Position numbers and translations under genes: made by a program
Shown here: one piece after another, positions 1-13,186 of the stretch
How the letters are laid out: each line of letters begins with the position of its first letter
Position numbering within the stretch: the stretch's first letter is position 1
Notes under the pieces: generated by a model
Seen by the model: only the letters and a program-made list of their open reading frames with translations
What the model was told of the DNA's origin: nothing
The model's database searches: none
NCBI GenBank assembly: GCA_951406725.2
Contig: OX597815.1
Location: 179,924,001-179,988,000, forward strand
Direction: 5' to 3'
Source of the DNA: Octopus vulgaris
Taxonomy: Eukaryota
DNA: 64,000 nt

Positions 1-264
1 ACAAACACAGAACATGGTGCCAGATATTACGGTAAAATATGGCAGTCTCTGTCCATAGCCGAAAATGTGAAGGTGACTAATTAATGTTGAGTAATGAATA
101 ATGAATGAAAGAAGACATCTAGGTTTATATGCTATAAAGATAGGAGAAATGCTTTTTTCCCAGTAAGGTGTAACTTCCAGCCGAGATAGGAATATTATTT
201 AGAATGAAGCACTGCTACAAAGAGAACAAGAAATAAAAGAAATATGCTACCATTTTGAGATAGC

Positions 265-452
265 AGCAGTAGTATTTGTAGTAGTAATAGTAGTAGTAGT
301 AGTGGTCATAGTTGTAGTAGCAGCAGTAGTTGTAGAAGTAGGTGTAGTAGTAGCAGTTGTAGTAACAGCAGAAGTAGTAGTAGCAGTAGTTGTTGTCCTC
401 ATCATTGTCATCATAGTAGCAGAAGTAGTTGTAGTAGTAGTAGCAGAAGTAG
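265..452. repeat. Degenerate (TAG/CAG/TTG)n trinucleotide microsatellite
   Basis: gtagtagtagcagcag... runs; explains the Tyr/Cys-rich ORF 215..631. Confidence 0.95.
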
Positions 453-814
453 TATGGGAGAATGCCCTGTATTAGTGTGGTGCTGCATCCACCATTAGTT
501 GGTGATTCCCTACTATTCCTGGCAGATGACACCTTTGCACTGCTCAGGTGACAACACTCCAAGAATATTTTTTTTTTACATCTATCACCCCATTTTGGCC
601 ACCCCATTATCATTCCACTTTTCTTCAACACCCCACTGGATCATTCCACTTCCCCCAAGGGTGCAGTACTGAGTGCTGCAACAACAAAGAGTGCCCCAGT
701 CTCTATTAAGATCTGTGTTGAAAATATAGGTTGTGTAGTAGTAACAACACAAGACCGAAAGATTACTGGGAAACAAACAAGTCAAACTCTTCTGGAATTT
801 TAATAGTCAAACAG

Positions 815-1390
815 GTTGTAGTTACGATACCTGTGCTGGCGGCATGTAAAAAGCACCATCCGAACGTGGCCGATGCCAGCTCCACCTTGACTGGCTTCTG
901 TGCCAGTGACACATGACCTGCTGTGCTTGAGGAGACCTATTGAGTCAAGTACATCAACATCAAAATAAATATCAAATGGAAATTGTAGTTGTGATACCTG
1001 TGCCAGTGGGATGTAAAATGCACCATCAAAACGTGACTGATGTCAGCGCCGCCTTGACTGGCTTCTGTGCCGGTAGCATGTAAAAAGCACCATCTGAACG
1101 TGACTGATGCCAGCGCCGCCTTGACTGGCTTCTGTGCTGGTGGCATGTAAAAAGCACCATCCGAATGTGGCCGATGCCAGCACCGCCTTGACTGGCTTCT
1201 GTGCCAGTGGCACGTAAAAAGCACCCACGACACTCACAGAGTGGTTGGCGTTAGGAAGGGCATCCAGCTGTAGAAACACTGCCAGATCAAACTGGAGCCT
1301 GGTGCAGCCTCCTGGCTTCCCAGACCAAGGTCGAACTGTCCAACCCGTGCTAGCATGGAAAACGGACGTTAAAACGATAATGATGATGAA
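815..1390 (+). mobile_element. 5'-truncated RTE LINE 3' UTR copy with internal ~66-bp repeats and (TGA)n tail
   Basis: Repeated ggcatgtaaaaagcaccat units, then gagtggttggcgttaggaagggcatccagctgtag...ggacgttaaa(tga)n; related sequence directly follows an RTE ORF end at 59400-60085. Confidence 0.75.
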
Positions 1391-1700
1391 ACAGACTCAA
1401 CCATGAAATCTAGATGATTGGAGATGCTGGTTGTTGATAAACAAACTGGTGTTCTATAATCAACTTTGTTATTGCTGGTGATCATAATATTGTTAAAAGG
1501 AGAAAAAAAATTGACATAATTGATAACTACTTTGAACTGAAGTTAGAGCTCTCACGAATATGCAGGAGGACAAGTGAGATGCCAACAGTTGTCGGAATTC
1601 TAAGTTTAATTCGCATTCATCCTCACCCAACTGAACATAAAAACAAGAGTCAATGCTACAAATTGGTAATATTTTACGGAAAGTTCTTTCATATTTGAAT
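1390..1700 (+). mobile_element. Highly decayed restriction-like-endonuclease (RLE) LINE 3' end
   Basis: Broken similarity to the PD..D / VVG.L segment seen more clearly at 18680-19080. Confidence 0.35.
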
Positions 1701-1844
1701 TTTCAAGCCTGATTAAAAGAAACACTTATGCTTCCAATAATCAACACATAATCTCTCTCAACAAACATGAGATGACGATGATGATGATTTCTTTATTTTA
1801 CATTATTTTATTAGAATAAATTCTTCTATAATATTGATTTCAAA

Positions 1845-2510
1845 ATTCATCCTTTCAGAGTTGATAAATTAAGTATCAGTTGCGTACTGGAGTTGATCTA
1901 ATCGATTGGCACCCCCTCCGCAAGAATTTCGGGCCTTGTGCCTAGAGTAGAAAAGAATCCTCTAAGGTGGTGAGCTGGCAGAAACGGTAGCATGCCAAGC
2001 GAAATGCTTAGCAGGTATTTTGCCTGTTCCGAGTTCAAATTCCACTGTGGTCAACATTGCCTTTCATCCTTCCGGGATCAATAAATTAAGTTCCAGTTGC
2101 ATGCTGGAGTTGATCTAACAGGTTGACCCGCCCCCACTCACTGAAAATTTCAGGCCTTGTGCCCAGAATAGAAAAGAATACTCTAAGGTGGCAAGCTGGC
2201 AGAAACGTTAGCATGCCAGGCAAAATGCTTAGCAGACACTTTGTGTCTTTATGTTCTGAGTTCAAATTCTGCTGAGGTCGACTTTGCCTTTCAACCATTT
2301 AGGGTTGATAAATTAAGTACCAGTTGCATACTGGGGTCAATCTAACCAACTGGCCCCCTCCCAAAAACTTTTGGACATTGAACCTAGAGTAGAAAAGAAT
2401 ATTTCAAATTTTGGCACAACGCCTGCGATTTCAGGGAAGGGATAAAATCAGTTACCGCTAAGTATTTCACCTGGCATGCTAACAATTCTGCCAGCTTGCC
2501 TGCCTTTAAT
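1845..2510 (+). mobile_element. Cluster of tRNA-derived SINE family A (three tandem copies plus an inverted fragment)
   Basis: A-box-like gagctggcagaa, B-box gagttcaaattc and conserved body gactttgcctttcatcctttcggggtcgataaattaagtaccag. Confidence 0.85.
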
Positions 2511-3146
2511 TTCTTACATAATAACAATTGTCAATAACTTAGGCCAAAGGTCAGAGAGAACGACAGAATTATATCCACTGCAACATTGAAATGATTCTTC
2601 ATTTTATCAATCTCAGAAGGATTGATAAATGCAAAGCTGAACTTGGAATGTAAAGAACTAGAACACATGCAGAAAGGCATTTTCTCCCAATGTTCTAATG
2701 GTTCTGCTAATTTGTCAGCTTATATTCTTCTCTGTCCAAGCCATTATTAACTTTGTCAAGTACCACTTGAAGAGGAAGGTCACTGGCCTTCAATGAGTTT
2801 TATGTCAAATGGGCGGGAGCAGCAAGACTTTTGAGATTTAATGGGCTTCGTCTGATGATAATGATGACGATGATGATAAATTCTAACTGGGCCCTACCTT
2901 CAAGGTCATGCATTGGCTATCTTAATATGCAGTCACCATGTCACACACATATGGCTGTGATGCATGTGCTTGGTTTACCCTTATCAGATGAGTTGTCATG
3001 ATGTGTATATCAGGCTCTGTATATTTGAACATTACTGTCACTTTCATGGCACACGATGTTCTCTTAATCAATAACCATTTCTAGTATCTAACACTTCTGA
3101 TCATGATAATTTCTGAGATAAATATGATAAGAATATAGTTGAGTAT

Positions 3147-3284
3147 ATTATTTACATTTGATTTATATTTGTCCTCATCTTGTTTGTTGTTAACACAATG
3201 TTTCGGCTGATATATCCTCCAGCCTTTATCAGGTGTCTTGGGGAAATTTCGAACCTGGGTTCTCATTCCTAAGGTATTTTTCGA

Positions 3285-3322
<38 letters not shown>

Positions 3323-3600
3323 TCACTGCCTGGAATCGAACTTGGAATCTTGGGGTTAGCAGCCTACGCTCTTAGCCACTACACCATATGCCTGTGGGCA
3401 TATGGCATAGTGGATAATAATAACAACATTGAAAAATACCTCGGGAACGAGAACCCAGGTTCGAAAGTTCTTCGAGACACCTGATGAAGGCTGGAGGGTA
3501 TATCAGCTGAAATGTTGTGTTAACAACAAACAAGATGAAGACAAATATCTGTCAAATGTAAATAATGTAAATAATTCCTCATCTCTTAAATATAGAACTG
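3147..3600. mobile_element. Palindromic Penelope-like pLTR element (tRNA-like centre, hammerhead motif in each arm)
   Basis: Left arm ~3147-3310 is the reverse complement of right arm ~3413-3570; tRNA-like sequence on minus strand ~3321-3393; same family as GIY-YIG-linked copy at 44610-45235. Confidence 0.85.
3477..3520 (+). ncRNA. Minimal type I hammerhead ribozyme motif (family H1)
   Basis: acac-CTGATGA-a-ggctg..cagct-GAAA-tgTT-gtgt; stem I acac/gtgt. The antisense-arm copy 3193-3236 reads CTGATAA (core mutated). Confidence 0.75.
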
Positions 3601-3929
3601 TTTTATCCATCCAAGTTCTTCAAACTATATTGAACCTAGAATGATGAAAGGCAAAGTTGACTTAACTAAGACCTTTACTGATTCTTAAAATCTAATGCAT
3701 TCTGAGAATGATGATGGTAACAATAACAGCAACAACAATAATAATCAAATAAGAGTGTCTGATTTAAGTAAAAGGTCAGCAATTTTTACTTTATTCTGGT
3801 ATTTTATTCAATCAACCGTAAAAGGATGAAAGTAAAAGCACATAGCAGCAGGATTTTGAATGCAGGACATAAAAAGAAGCACGAAACACTGCAAACCATT
3901 TCTTCTTGTTCACTCTCTTCATTTTGTTC

Positions 3930-4830
3930 ACTATGGTTGTCATAGAAACCAGGAGGCTCTGCAGGCATCAAACTTAGCACAAGCCAGTGAATTATTAGTA
4001 AGAACCTCCCCAAACCATCAAGAAGTGGGTGTCGGCAGCAAATAGATTTCATGACCACAATAAGTGAAATTGCACCTGCTCCAGCCTGGTGAGGTGTTCC
4101 CTGGGACACAGTTTGATGGTCAGAGAGTAAGAAGTACACCACTGAGGTTATGTTGGTACCAGTCACATCTGCCTGACCGCTCAGGGATAGTTTCCTTTAA
4201 GCTCATTTCTGTATGAGGCTGGCCACTCTGGTCTCATCCCAGTTTTATTCCATCTGGAGATCTGATCTAAACCAGCACTTTAATCAGACCCCCAGTCTTG
4301 TAATAATAATAATAATAATAATTATAATAATAAAAACTGGTAGCCAGAATGGATTTGCATCACTAGGTGCTTAATGGCAAACCAACCCACTTATTTTGGG
4401 TCATATATTTCCTCATTCCTGATACTCTCCTGATATAATGCCAGCTGCCGTCTGCCACAAAGATGAAGATGTCAGCTGCCTATGTAGACATGGCTTTAGT
4501 CTGCTTCTATTTGTGTGGGTTGCCCCTCAAAATTTCCAGCTTCCACAAAAATGATACCAGCACCAAAATATACTAGAGAAAGGTGAGAGAATATCCTTGA
4601 TGGACCAAGCACTCAGTGTAAAAAAGGTTCCAAGAGATGGTGATTTATTTTGACCATTCAACAAGTTCCATTGTATGTTGTAGTGAAACAGACTTTGAAG
4701 ATGGGGCTAAAACCAGCATCACTTATGACTGATGCCAAATAGCTATGGTTGACTCTCTTGCATGTTTTAGGCTGATCTAAATTAACAAGTTCTCTCCTGT
4801 GACCAACTATGGTTTGCCCAAGTCCTCATG
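3930..4830 (-). mobile_element. Decayed L1-clade (Tx1-like) reverse transcriptase fragment
   Basis: Broken translation NLDQPKTCKRVNHSYLASVISDAGF (cf. LDQSKAFDRVDH), VHQGYSL (QG box), ST*AADIFIFV (YADD box), SICCRHPLLDGLG; stops and frameshifts. Confidence 0.7.
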
Positions 4831-5997
4831 TATTATTTGCATTTCTCTAGCATTCTAGGGAAAGTCAGGTTGGAAATTATTATAGCTTCTTTTTGTATTG
4901 CTATTGTTGTTGTGGCTGTTTTTATTCATTCTTTTGGGGGTTTTTTTCCCCTTGTCATATTCATTTATTGGTTGGCTGGTGTATCTGGTTTTTATTTGTT
5001 TTGGCACTGCCAAACATTTAGATTTTCCAGGTTAGTTTTTCTTGAGTCTCTTCTCTTCTTCCTCCATCCTCTGCTATTTTTCAGATATCTTCTAGTTGTT
5101 CTTGACATCTTCCTTCTTAAAGAGTGGATCACAGCTTCAGCCATTTCTTCCTGTTGCTGGTAGGAAGACTTCTTCAAGATGTCATTTTTGTATACTATCT
5201 GTAGTATAATTAGAAGTTGTTTTAGTTGATGTAGTTGCTATTGTGAATGTCACTGTTGCAGAGAATGGTTATTTTTAAGAGTGCTGTTTACTTCCTCAGC
5301 AGGAAGTACCATCACCCCAGGGCAAACAATATCACTTGTGTTTTTAATGGCCTGCATTTCACCGTTGTTGTTGTTGTTGTTGTTCTAACTGCTGCAACAA
5401 TTTTCAGGATACTTCTTGTCTCTATGCTGTGACATCACGGCTGTAGAAATTAGTGTCGCAGTGACGTCAAACCTTGTTGCCATGGCCACAAGATTATTGT
5501 TTGTACTGAAGCAGAAAGCTGTGAAACATTCAAGTCTCCCTTCCTCTCTCTCAGAATTGTCAATGGCTTCTCTCTCAGCCCACCACTCAACCATGAATAC
5601 TCTGATGGAATTTCTGGGATCTATAGAGATTTTTCTAAGAAATTATAGATTCTTTAAAAACACAAAATTTTAAACAATGAGATGAACCTATAGTGTTTCT
5701 TTCTCAAAAGCGGAAACAAAAATGGATTCCATTTATAAATCAATGCTATTCAAATATATCTTGTATCTTCTGCTTATTATCATTTACTTCTTTCAGTCAT
5801 TGGATTGCAGCCATGCTGGAGCATCATCTTGAGTGTTTTAGCTGAACAAATTGACATTAGTACTTGTTCTTAGAAGCCTGGCAGTTATTCTATTATTCTC
5901 TTCTGCCAAACCAATAAGTTACAGAGATGCAAACAAACAAACATTGGTTGTCATGTGGTGGTGGTAGAGGGGACAATCACAAACGGTTATACAATCA

Positions 5998-6172
5998 CTT
6001 ATATATACATATATACACACACACACACACACGCACATATATATATATACATATACATACACACACACACACATATATATATACATACACACACACACAT
6101 ATATATATACATATACACACACACATATATATATACATAAACACACACACACACATATATATATATACATAA

Positions 6173-6209
<37 letters not shown>

Positions 6210-6590
6210 CATAAACACACACACATATATATATATATACATACACACATATATATATACATATATATACACACACACATACATATATATATACATACAT
6301 ATATATATATATATACATACATATACACACCTATATATACACACACATATATATATACATTTATATATACCTACACACACACACACATATATGTACATAC
6401 ATATATGTATATATATATATGTATACACATATATGTACATACATATGTATGTGCATATATACACACATGTATTATATGTACATACATATATATATACAGA
6501 TGTATACACACACACACACACATATATATATATACAGATGTATACACACACACATATATATACAGATGTATACACACACACATATACATT
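5998..6590. repeat. Compound (TA)n/(CA)n microsatellite
   Basis: Direct reading; source of the Y/I/C/V/H/T-rich ORFs. Confidence 0.97.
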
Positions 6591-7699
6591 GTGTCTCAGG
6601 AGAGTCATTCTCTTTTAGTTCCTTATTAATTTAACACACACATTGGTCTGATTTCCACTCATTTTATTCTTTCTAAAATCTTTGTGTTTTGCAACCTTTT
6701 GAATAGTCATTGACTGTCTGTTCTTTTCTTTTTTGTTCGTCTGTTTTTTGTGAGCATGCATGTGTGTACACATATCTATGTAGTACATGTATGTGAGTAT
6801 GCATGTATGTGCGCATGTTTCCATATCCATGTGCTTGTGTGTGTTTGTGTTCATGTCTGTGTATTTGTGTGAGTGTACCTCTGTCTCCTTGTGTGTGCAT
6901 GTTTGTGTGACTGTATGTGTGTCTGTTATGTATGGATGTGTGTTTCCATATATGTCCTTGTGTGAAGTGTGTGTATATATGGTCATATCTTTCAGTCTTC
7001 ATTTGTATGTGCGTATGTTTGTATGCATGCGTGTGTGTATGTATTTATGCATGCATGTACGTGTGTGCGTGTGTATGTATACATGTGTGTGCAAACCAAA
7101 TACAAAAATGAAATACATATATATACATAAATGTGTAATGGTGTCTGTCTGTGTCTTTTGGGGGTTACTCTAACTCCTCCCACACTGTCCAACTGATTTT
7201 AATGATTTTCGGCACATAGGTATATCATATGCCCGGAAGTTCAAATAAGGTTGGAATTTTTCAAAAACTTGATAATGCTCAATTGGCATCAATTTTTATG
7301 AGCTCAATCAGGCATTTGAATAGAAATTCCCATAACGATGTTATTTTTCCAGCAGCTTCTGCATTTTTTCACGTGGCTGCTGCCAGCCTCCCCTGGCTTC
7401 TGTGCCGGTGGCACGTAAAAAGCACCCACTACACTTACAGAGTGGTTGGTGTTATGAAGGGCATCCAGCTGTAGAAACACAGCCAGATCAGACTGGAGCC
7501 TGGTGCAGACCTCGGTCAACTGTCTAGGCTGTGCTAGCGCGGAAAACGGACGTTAAACGATGATGATGATGAAAATTTCAACAAAATCGATAGAATAGTC
7601 TCTAACGAAATGTTTATTCAATACAAGGTCAGAGGTGGGCTTAACTTCAAAACAGAAAACACAAGCAATGTCGGGTCCAACAGCTGCCATGATAGATCG

Positions 7700-7875
7700 T
7701 AAGCTCCTACACGCATATTTTCTCTCCTTGTTTTTTTCTGTGTATCTTTCTGTCGAAGAGCATAGGCTAGAAACGTAAAATACTTTTTCTATTCATGAGC
7801 GCTATACTAATACATTTGTTTGTTTGTACTCCACCTGTCTTCATCTTTTGTTTATTTTCGTAAACTTTCCCTTTG
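7700..7875 (+). mobile_element. PLE-type pLTR fragment with hammerhead-like motif (7746-7780, core CTGTCGA, family H2)
   Basis: cttt-CTGTCGA-a-gagc-atag-gcta-GAAA-cg-TA-aaa; ends in a (TA)n tract. Confidence 0.5.
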
Positions 7876-7914
<39 letters not shown>

Positions 7915-8215
7915 GATGAGGATGAGGATGATATAACAGGCTTCTTTCAGTATCTGCTACCAAATCCACTAACAAGTCTTCTGTTGGCCTGGTGGTGTAG
8001 TAGAAAGCATTTCCAGAAGGTGCAATGCTGTAGAACTGAACTTGGAACCATGTCGATGGGAAGTAAGCTTCTTACAACATAGTCACACATGTGCCTACAT
8101 ACAAAAAGAAAGGTGGTGGGAAGGGGAGGGGTGAAGACTTACATCAAACACAGTTCTCTTGGTAAATAGGGAAGTTGAAAAAATATGTAAGAAACCTCAA
8201 GTATTACAAAAAAAA

Positions 8216-8936
8216 GACTAAAGGTGAAGGAACATGATGGAGAAGATAGAAAATGGAGGAAAAGTGTCAAAAGGGAAGTTCTTCATCATTTCATCAGAAA
8301 AAAAAATAAAGATTGTGTGACAGTGGAATTGGTTGAAAGGGGGATGTGGTAACGAGGGAAACAGAAGACTGCACAAGAATAACTGATTAAAGGTTGTGAT
8401 ATTCGATGCGTTGTAAGCAAAATTGTTAATCATATTGAAAGATGTTGTAAGATATCACAAAAATAAGAGGAAGACAAGACAGGATAAGGAAATAGATACC
8501 ATGAGAGAATTGGTAAGCTGAGAATTGGTACCAAAATCAACCAGATGTTCTCTTTGATAATGGCTACATCTGTAATTCTGTGAAATTTTTTAGTGCAAAA
8601 TAACCATGTAATAAAAGCACAAAACCCAAATATTATTATTAAAGAGTAAAAACGAAAATAGAATATGGAAACTCATAGATTTCTTTCTCCGTTTGACAAT
8701 ATGTGCAAAGTGGAAGAAAATGAAATGATTGGATAGTCCGATTCCTGAAAAGACACTTAGATAATCACCAAAACATCTTGATTAAATCTCTAAACGTTTG
8801 GGATGAGTTGTTGCGAATAAAATTATAAGTTTTAAGACTTTTGACTTTATCTTTAGGTTAGCAAGCGTCTAAAGTATTCTCCAGTGTACACAGGGCACCG
8901 ATTCTATGATAAGTACTCGGCCACTTTGGTCATTTA
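8216..8936 (+). repeat. Left arm of long inverted duplication
   Basis: 8216-8876 is the reverse complement of 10935-11595; 8873-8936 matches 10005-10070 inverted. Confidence 0.92.
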
Positions 8937-9451
8937 TTTACAGTATTTATTGCCAAATGGGAGATCCGGTTTTGGCTGCAGTAGGCTGTTGCCAGTATTG
9001 TTTAAGTCCTACTTCATGGAGACTAGAGAAATGGAATTACAAAGCAAAAGAGAAAAAAAAAAAGAAACAAAAAGAAACAAAAATCTTCATCTCTTGTATA
9101 AGATGCTTTTGAAGTATTTTTGATTTGAGAAGTTTTTGTTGTGACTAAATCTCAAGGTATGAAGCTACTGCTGTGATCAATATGAAATCTCATTAAGATA
9201 AACAGTAGTGACATTTCTTGACAACTTCAACACCAATAATAATTGTTTCAAATACAAGTGCATATATTTGCATTTATTCCAGCTCTTTATTGTCTGAGTT
9301 TGTCCTAGCCTCGTCAATTCCACCTTTCATGTTTCCAGGTACCACAAAATAAAGCATCACTCCAGTCCTGGGCTCAATTTAACTCTCTAGCATCTCCCCA
9401 CAAATTTTTCACCATGTGCCTCTGTTAGCAAACATTATTATTATCATTATT

Positions 9452-9962
9452 AAAGCAGTGAGTTGGCAGAAAAGCTAGCACACCAGCCGAAATGCAGAGT
9501 GGTATTTCATCTGTCTTTACGTTCTGAGTTCAAATTCTACTGAGGTTGACTTTGCCTTTCATCCTTTCGGGGTCGATAAATTAAGTACCAGTTGCATACT
9601 GGGATGATCTAATCGACTGGCTCCCCTCCCCCAAAATTTCAGGCCTTGTGCCTAGAGTAGAAAAGATTATTATTATTATTAAGGCAGTGAGCTGGCAGAA
9701 TTGTTAGCACACTGGACGAAATGTTTAGCAGTATTTTGCCCATCGCTATGTTCTGAGTTCAAATTCTGCTATGGTCAAATTTGCCTTTCATCCTTTCAGG
9801 GTCAATAAAATTAGAACCAGTTGAACACTGGGGTTGATGTAAGCAACTAATCCCCACCTCCCTCAAGCTGCCCTTGTGGCAAAAATTTGAAATAATTACT
9901 ATTATTGTTATTTAGGCAGTGAAATGTCAGAATTGTTAGCATGCCAGAAAAAAATTCTTAGC
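9452..9962 (+). mobile_element. Tandem SINE family A copies
   Basis: Same head and body as 30090-30322, separated by (TTA)n tails. Confidence 0.85.
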
Positions 9963-10497
9963 AACAAACAAGATGACCAATATCTGTCAAATGTAAATAA
10001 GATAAATAATGTCCAAAGTGGTTGAGTACTTACCATGGAATTAGTGCCCTGTGTATACTGGAGAATATTCTAGAAGAGTGGCTCTCAACCATTTTTTACC
10101 TATTGACACCCTTGATTGCAATTTTACTTGCATGGACTCACATAGCCATTCAGTGTTTAAAAGAAACCTTATTATATATTTATAATTCAATACTGTAAGA
10201 AATAGTTCAAAGCATTGAACTGGCAGAATTCTTAGCACATCAGGCAAGATACTTAGCAGCATTTAGTCTGTCTCTACGTTCTTGGGTTCAAATTGCACCA
10301 AGGCTGACTTTTCCTTTCATCCTTTCAGGGTCAATAAAATAAGTACCAGTTGAACATGGAGGGCAGTTTAATCGATTTGGCCCCTCCCCACAAAACTGCT
10401 GGCCATGTGCCAAAATTTGGAGCCAATATTATAAGGAATTGGAAATAAAAAAATTGTTGAAATATTTTGTGTGCAGCAGAAGTATAACCAGTTTGTT

Positions 10498-10860
10498 ATT
10501 CTTTTACTTGTTTCAGTCATTTGACTGCAGCCATGCTGGAGCACCACCTCTAGTTGAACAAATCGACCCCGGGACATTATTTGTAAGCCTATCAGTCTCT
10601 TTCACTGAACTGCTAGGTTACGGGGATGTGACCACGCTAACATTGGTTGTCAGGTAATGATGTGGGAGACAAACATAGACACACAAATACATATATACAA
10701 CAGGCTTCTTTCAGTTTCCATCTACCAAATCCACTCACAAGGCTTCAGTCAGCCTGAGGCTATAGTAGAAGACACTAGCTCAAGGTGCCATGCAGTGGGT
10801 CTGAACCCAGAACCATGTGGTTGGGAAGCAAGCTTCTTACCACACAGCTGTTCCTATGCC
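10498..10860 (-). mobile_element. tRNA-derived SINE family B (CORE-like)
   Basis: Reverse complement of the ggctgtgtggtaag...accttgggcaagtgtctt...gactgaaacaagtaaaag family. Confidence 0.8.
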
Positions 10861-10934
10861 TATTGCACATAAATTTAAGAACAAAATATTTTATGGAACT
10901 GCAAGGGTCGTATGGACCCCCACTTGAGAACCAC

Positions 10935-11595
10935 TATTTTAGAAGCTTGCCACCTTAAAGATAAAGTTAAAAGTCTTAAAACTTATAATTCTATTCACAA
11001 CAACTCATCCTAAACGTTTAGAGATTTAATCAAGATGTTTTGGTGATTATCTAAGTGTCTTTTCAGGAATCGGACTATTCAATCATTTCATTTTCCTCCA
11101 CTTTGAACATATTGTCAAATGGAGAAAGAAATCTATGAGTTTCCATATTCTATTTTCATTTTTACTCTTTAATAATAATATTTGGGTTTTGTGCTTTTAT
11201 TACATGGTTATTTTGCACTAAAAAATTTCACAGAATTACAGATGTAGCCATTATCAAAGAGAACATCTGGTTAATTTTGGTACCAATTCTCAGCTTACCA
11301 ATTCTCTCATGGTATCCATTTCCTTATCCTGTCTTGTCTTCCTCTTATTTTTGTGATATCTTACTACATCTTTCAATACGATTAACAATTTTGTCTACAA
11401 CGCATCGAATATCACAACCTTTAATCAGTTATTCTTGTGCAGTCTTCTGTTTCCTTTGTTACTACATCCCTCTTTCAACCAATTCCACTGTCACACAATC
11501 TTTTTTTTTTTTTCTGATGAAATGATGAAGAACTTCCCCTTCGACACTTTTCCTCCATTTTCTATCTTCTCTATCTTGTTCTTTCACCTATAGTC
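10935..11595 (-). repeat. Right arm of long inverted duplication
   Basis: Reverse complement of 8216-8876 with scattered substitutions. Confidence 0.92.
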
Positions 11596-12551
11596 CTCAT
11601 CTGTGCAAAATAATCTTCTCTTTGCCATTTCTAATACATCTTCTTCAGTGCACCAGAACAGGTGCTGTTTGGCATGCTGGTGCCATGCAAAAGCACCAGT
11701 GGTGGCAACATGTGAAAAGGACCCGGTACACTCTGTAAAGGGGTGAATGTTAGGAAGGGCATCCGTCTGTAGAAACCATGCCAAAACAGACAATTGGGGC
11801 CTGGGGCAGCACCCCAGCTTGCCAGTCCTCAGTCGAACCATCCAACCCATGCCAGCATAGAAAATAGACATTAAATGACAGTGGTGATGAGTTGTCAAAG
11901 CAAACCTCACTGATGCTGGAACCACTTGAAAGGCAACCAACCATAAATACCATGCCAAAGTAGGTTGTGGAGATTGGTGCAGTCCTCTGGCTTACCACTT
12001 CCTTTCAAACTGTCCAACCCTTGCCTGGAAGATGGATGTTAAATGATGATGATAATGAGTTGAATAATGTTGATTTATGAATGTGCTTCATTTCATCAAG
12101 ACTTTTGTTGCTTGTATCTCTATTTTCAAAAGTTTTTCCCATAAAAGTGATTTCTCTGCCTTATTTCCCCAAATATGTCGTTTGTACTAAAAACAAAAAA
12201 CAATCTGCTAAAACCTACACACCGTTTGAAATGTTTAGAACACAATAATGATTCTTAACATTTTATATGATAATTTCTGTTATTGGAATAAATGCATAAA
12301 TAGAAATATTCTTTTCTACTCTAGACACAAAGCCAAAAATTTTTGGGGAGGAGTCCAGTCGATTAGATTGACCCCAGTATGCAATTGGTACTTAACTTAT
12401 TGACCCCAAAAGGATGAAAGGCAAAGTTGACCTTGGCGAAATTTGAACTCAGAATGTAAATACAGATGAAATGTCGCTAAGCATTTCACCTGGCATGCTA
12501 ATGTTTCTGCCAGCTTGCTGCCTTACATAAACAGAAATATCATTAATAATT

Positions 12552-12769
12552 TGTGAAGTATATTTGACACTTAAATGTGGCTAATCCTTAAGGGTTGATG
12601 CTACTGTAGCTTGTAGCCCCAGGAGAACATCTTCTCCAGCTGGCTATTCACACACTTTCTGTGCCCTGTGTGAATAGCCAGCTGGAGAAGATGTTCTCCT
12701 GGGGCTACAAGCTACAGTAGCATCAACCCTGAAGGGTTAGCCACATTTAAGTGTCAAATATACTTCACA
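12552..12769. repeat. Near-perfect palindrome: 103-bp arms, 12-nt loop
   Basis: tgtgaagtatatttgacac...tattcacaca / ctttctgtgccc / tgtgtgaata...gtcaaatatacttcaca; two mismatches seen. Confidence 0.95.
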
Positions 12770-13186
12770 TTGTTGTGCAGCTACTGTTTATACCGCATTC
12801 AGAGATTTATTATTGCTTATTAATAATTGTATTATGAGAATAATGATTCCAATATTAATAATAATGATCTCCTTAAGCTTCAAAGGCTCAAAGAAAGACA
12901 AAATTCTCACTAGGGGGATACGGTGAAAGGATAATGTGATGTATGCAAAAACAAAAAAAAAAAAGGTTTACAAAGTACAAAGGTGGGGGATGGGTGTAAG
13001 AAGTGTTATGCAATACACAGAAGGATATTAAGAATCTCTAAGGTTTACACAATTACACACACACAAACCTGAAGTCTGATAAAAAAGTATTGGGAATGGT
13101 GTTCTGTAGAGAAATTTACAAATTAATGATTTGTAGGTACTTGGTATTTGGTTATACAACCATACTATGCTATAAATATAGATTAT

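Noticed and set aside
5919-7192. Long ORFs rich in Y/I/C/V/H/T (also 32649-33035, 47127-47915, 57658-58066)
   Set aside because: These are translations of TA/CA/TG microsatellites.
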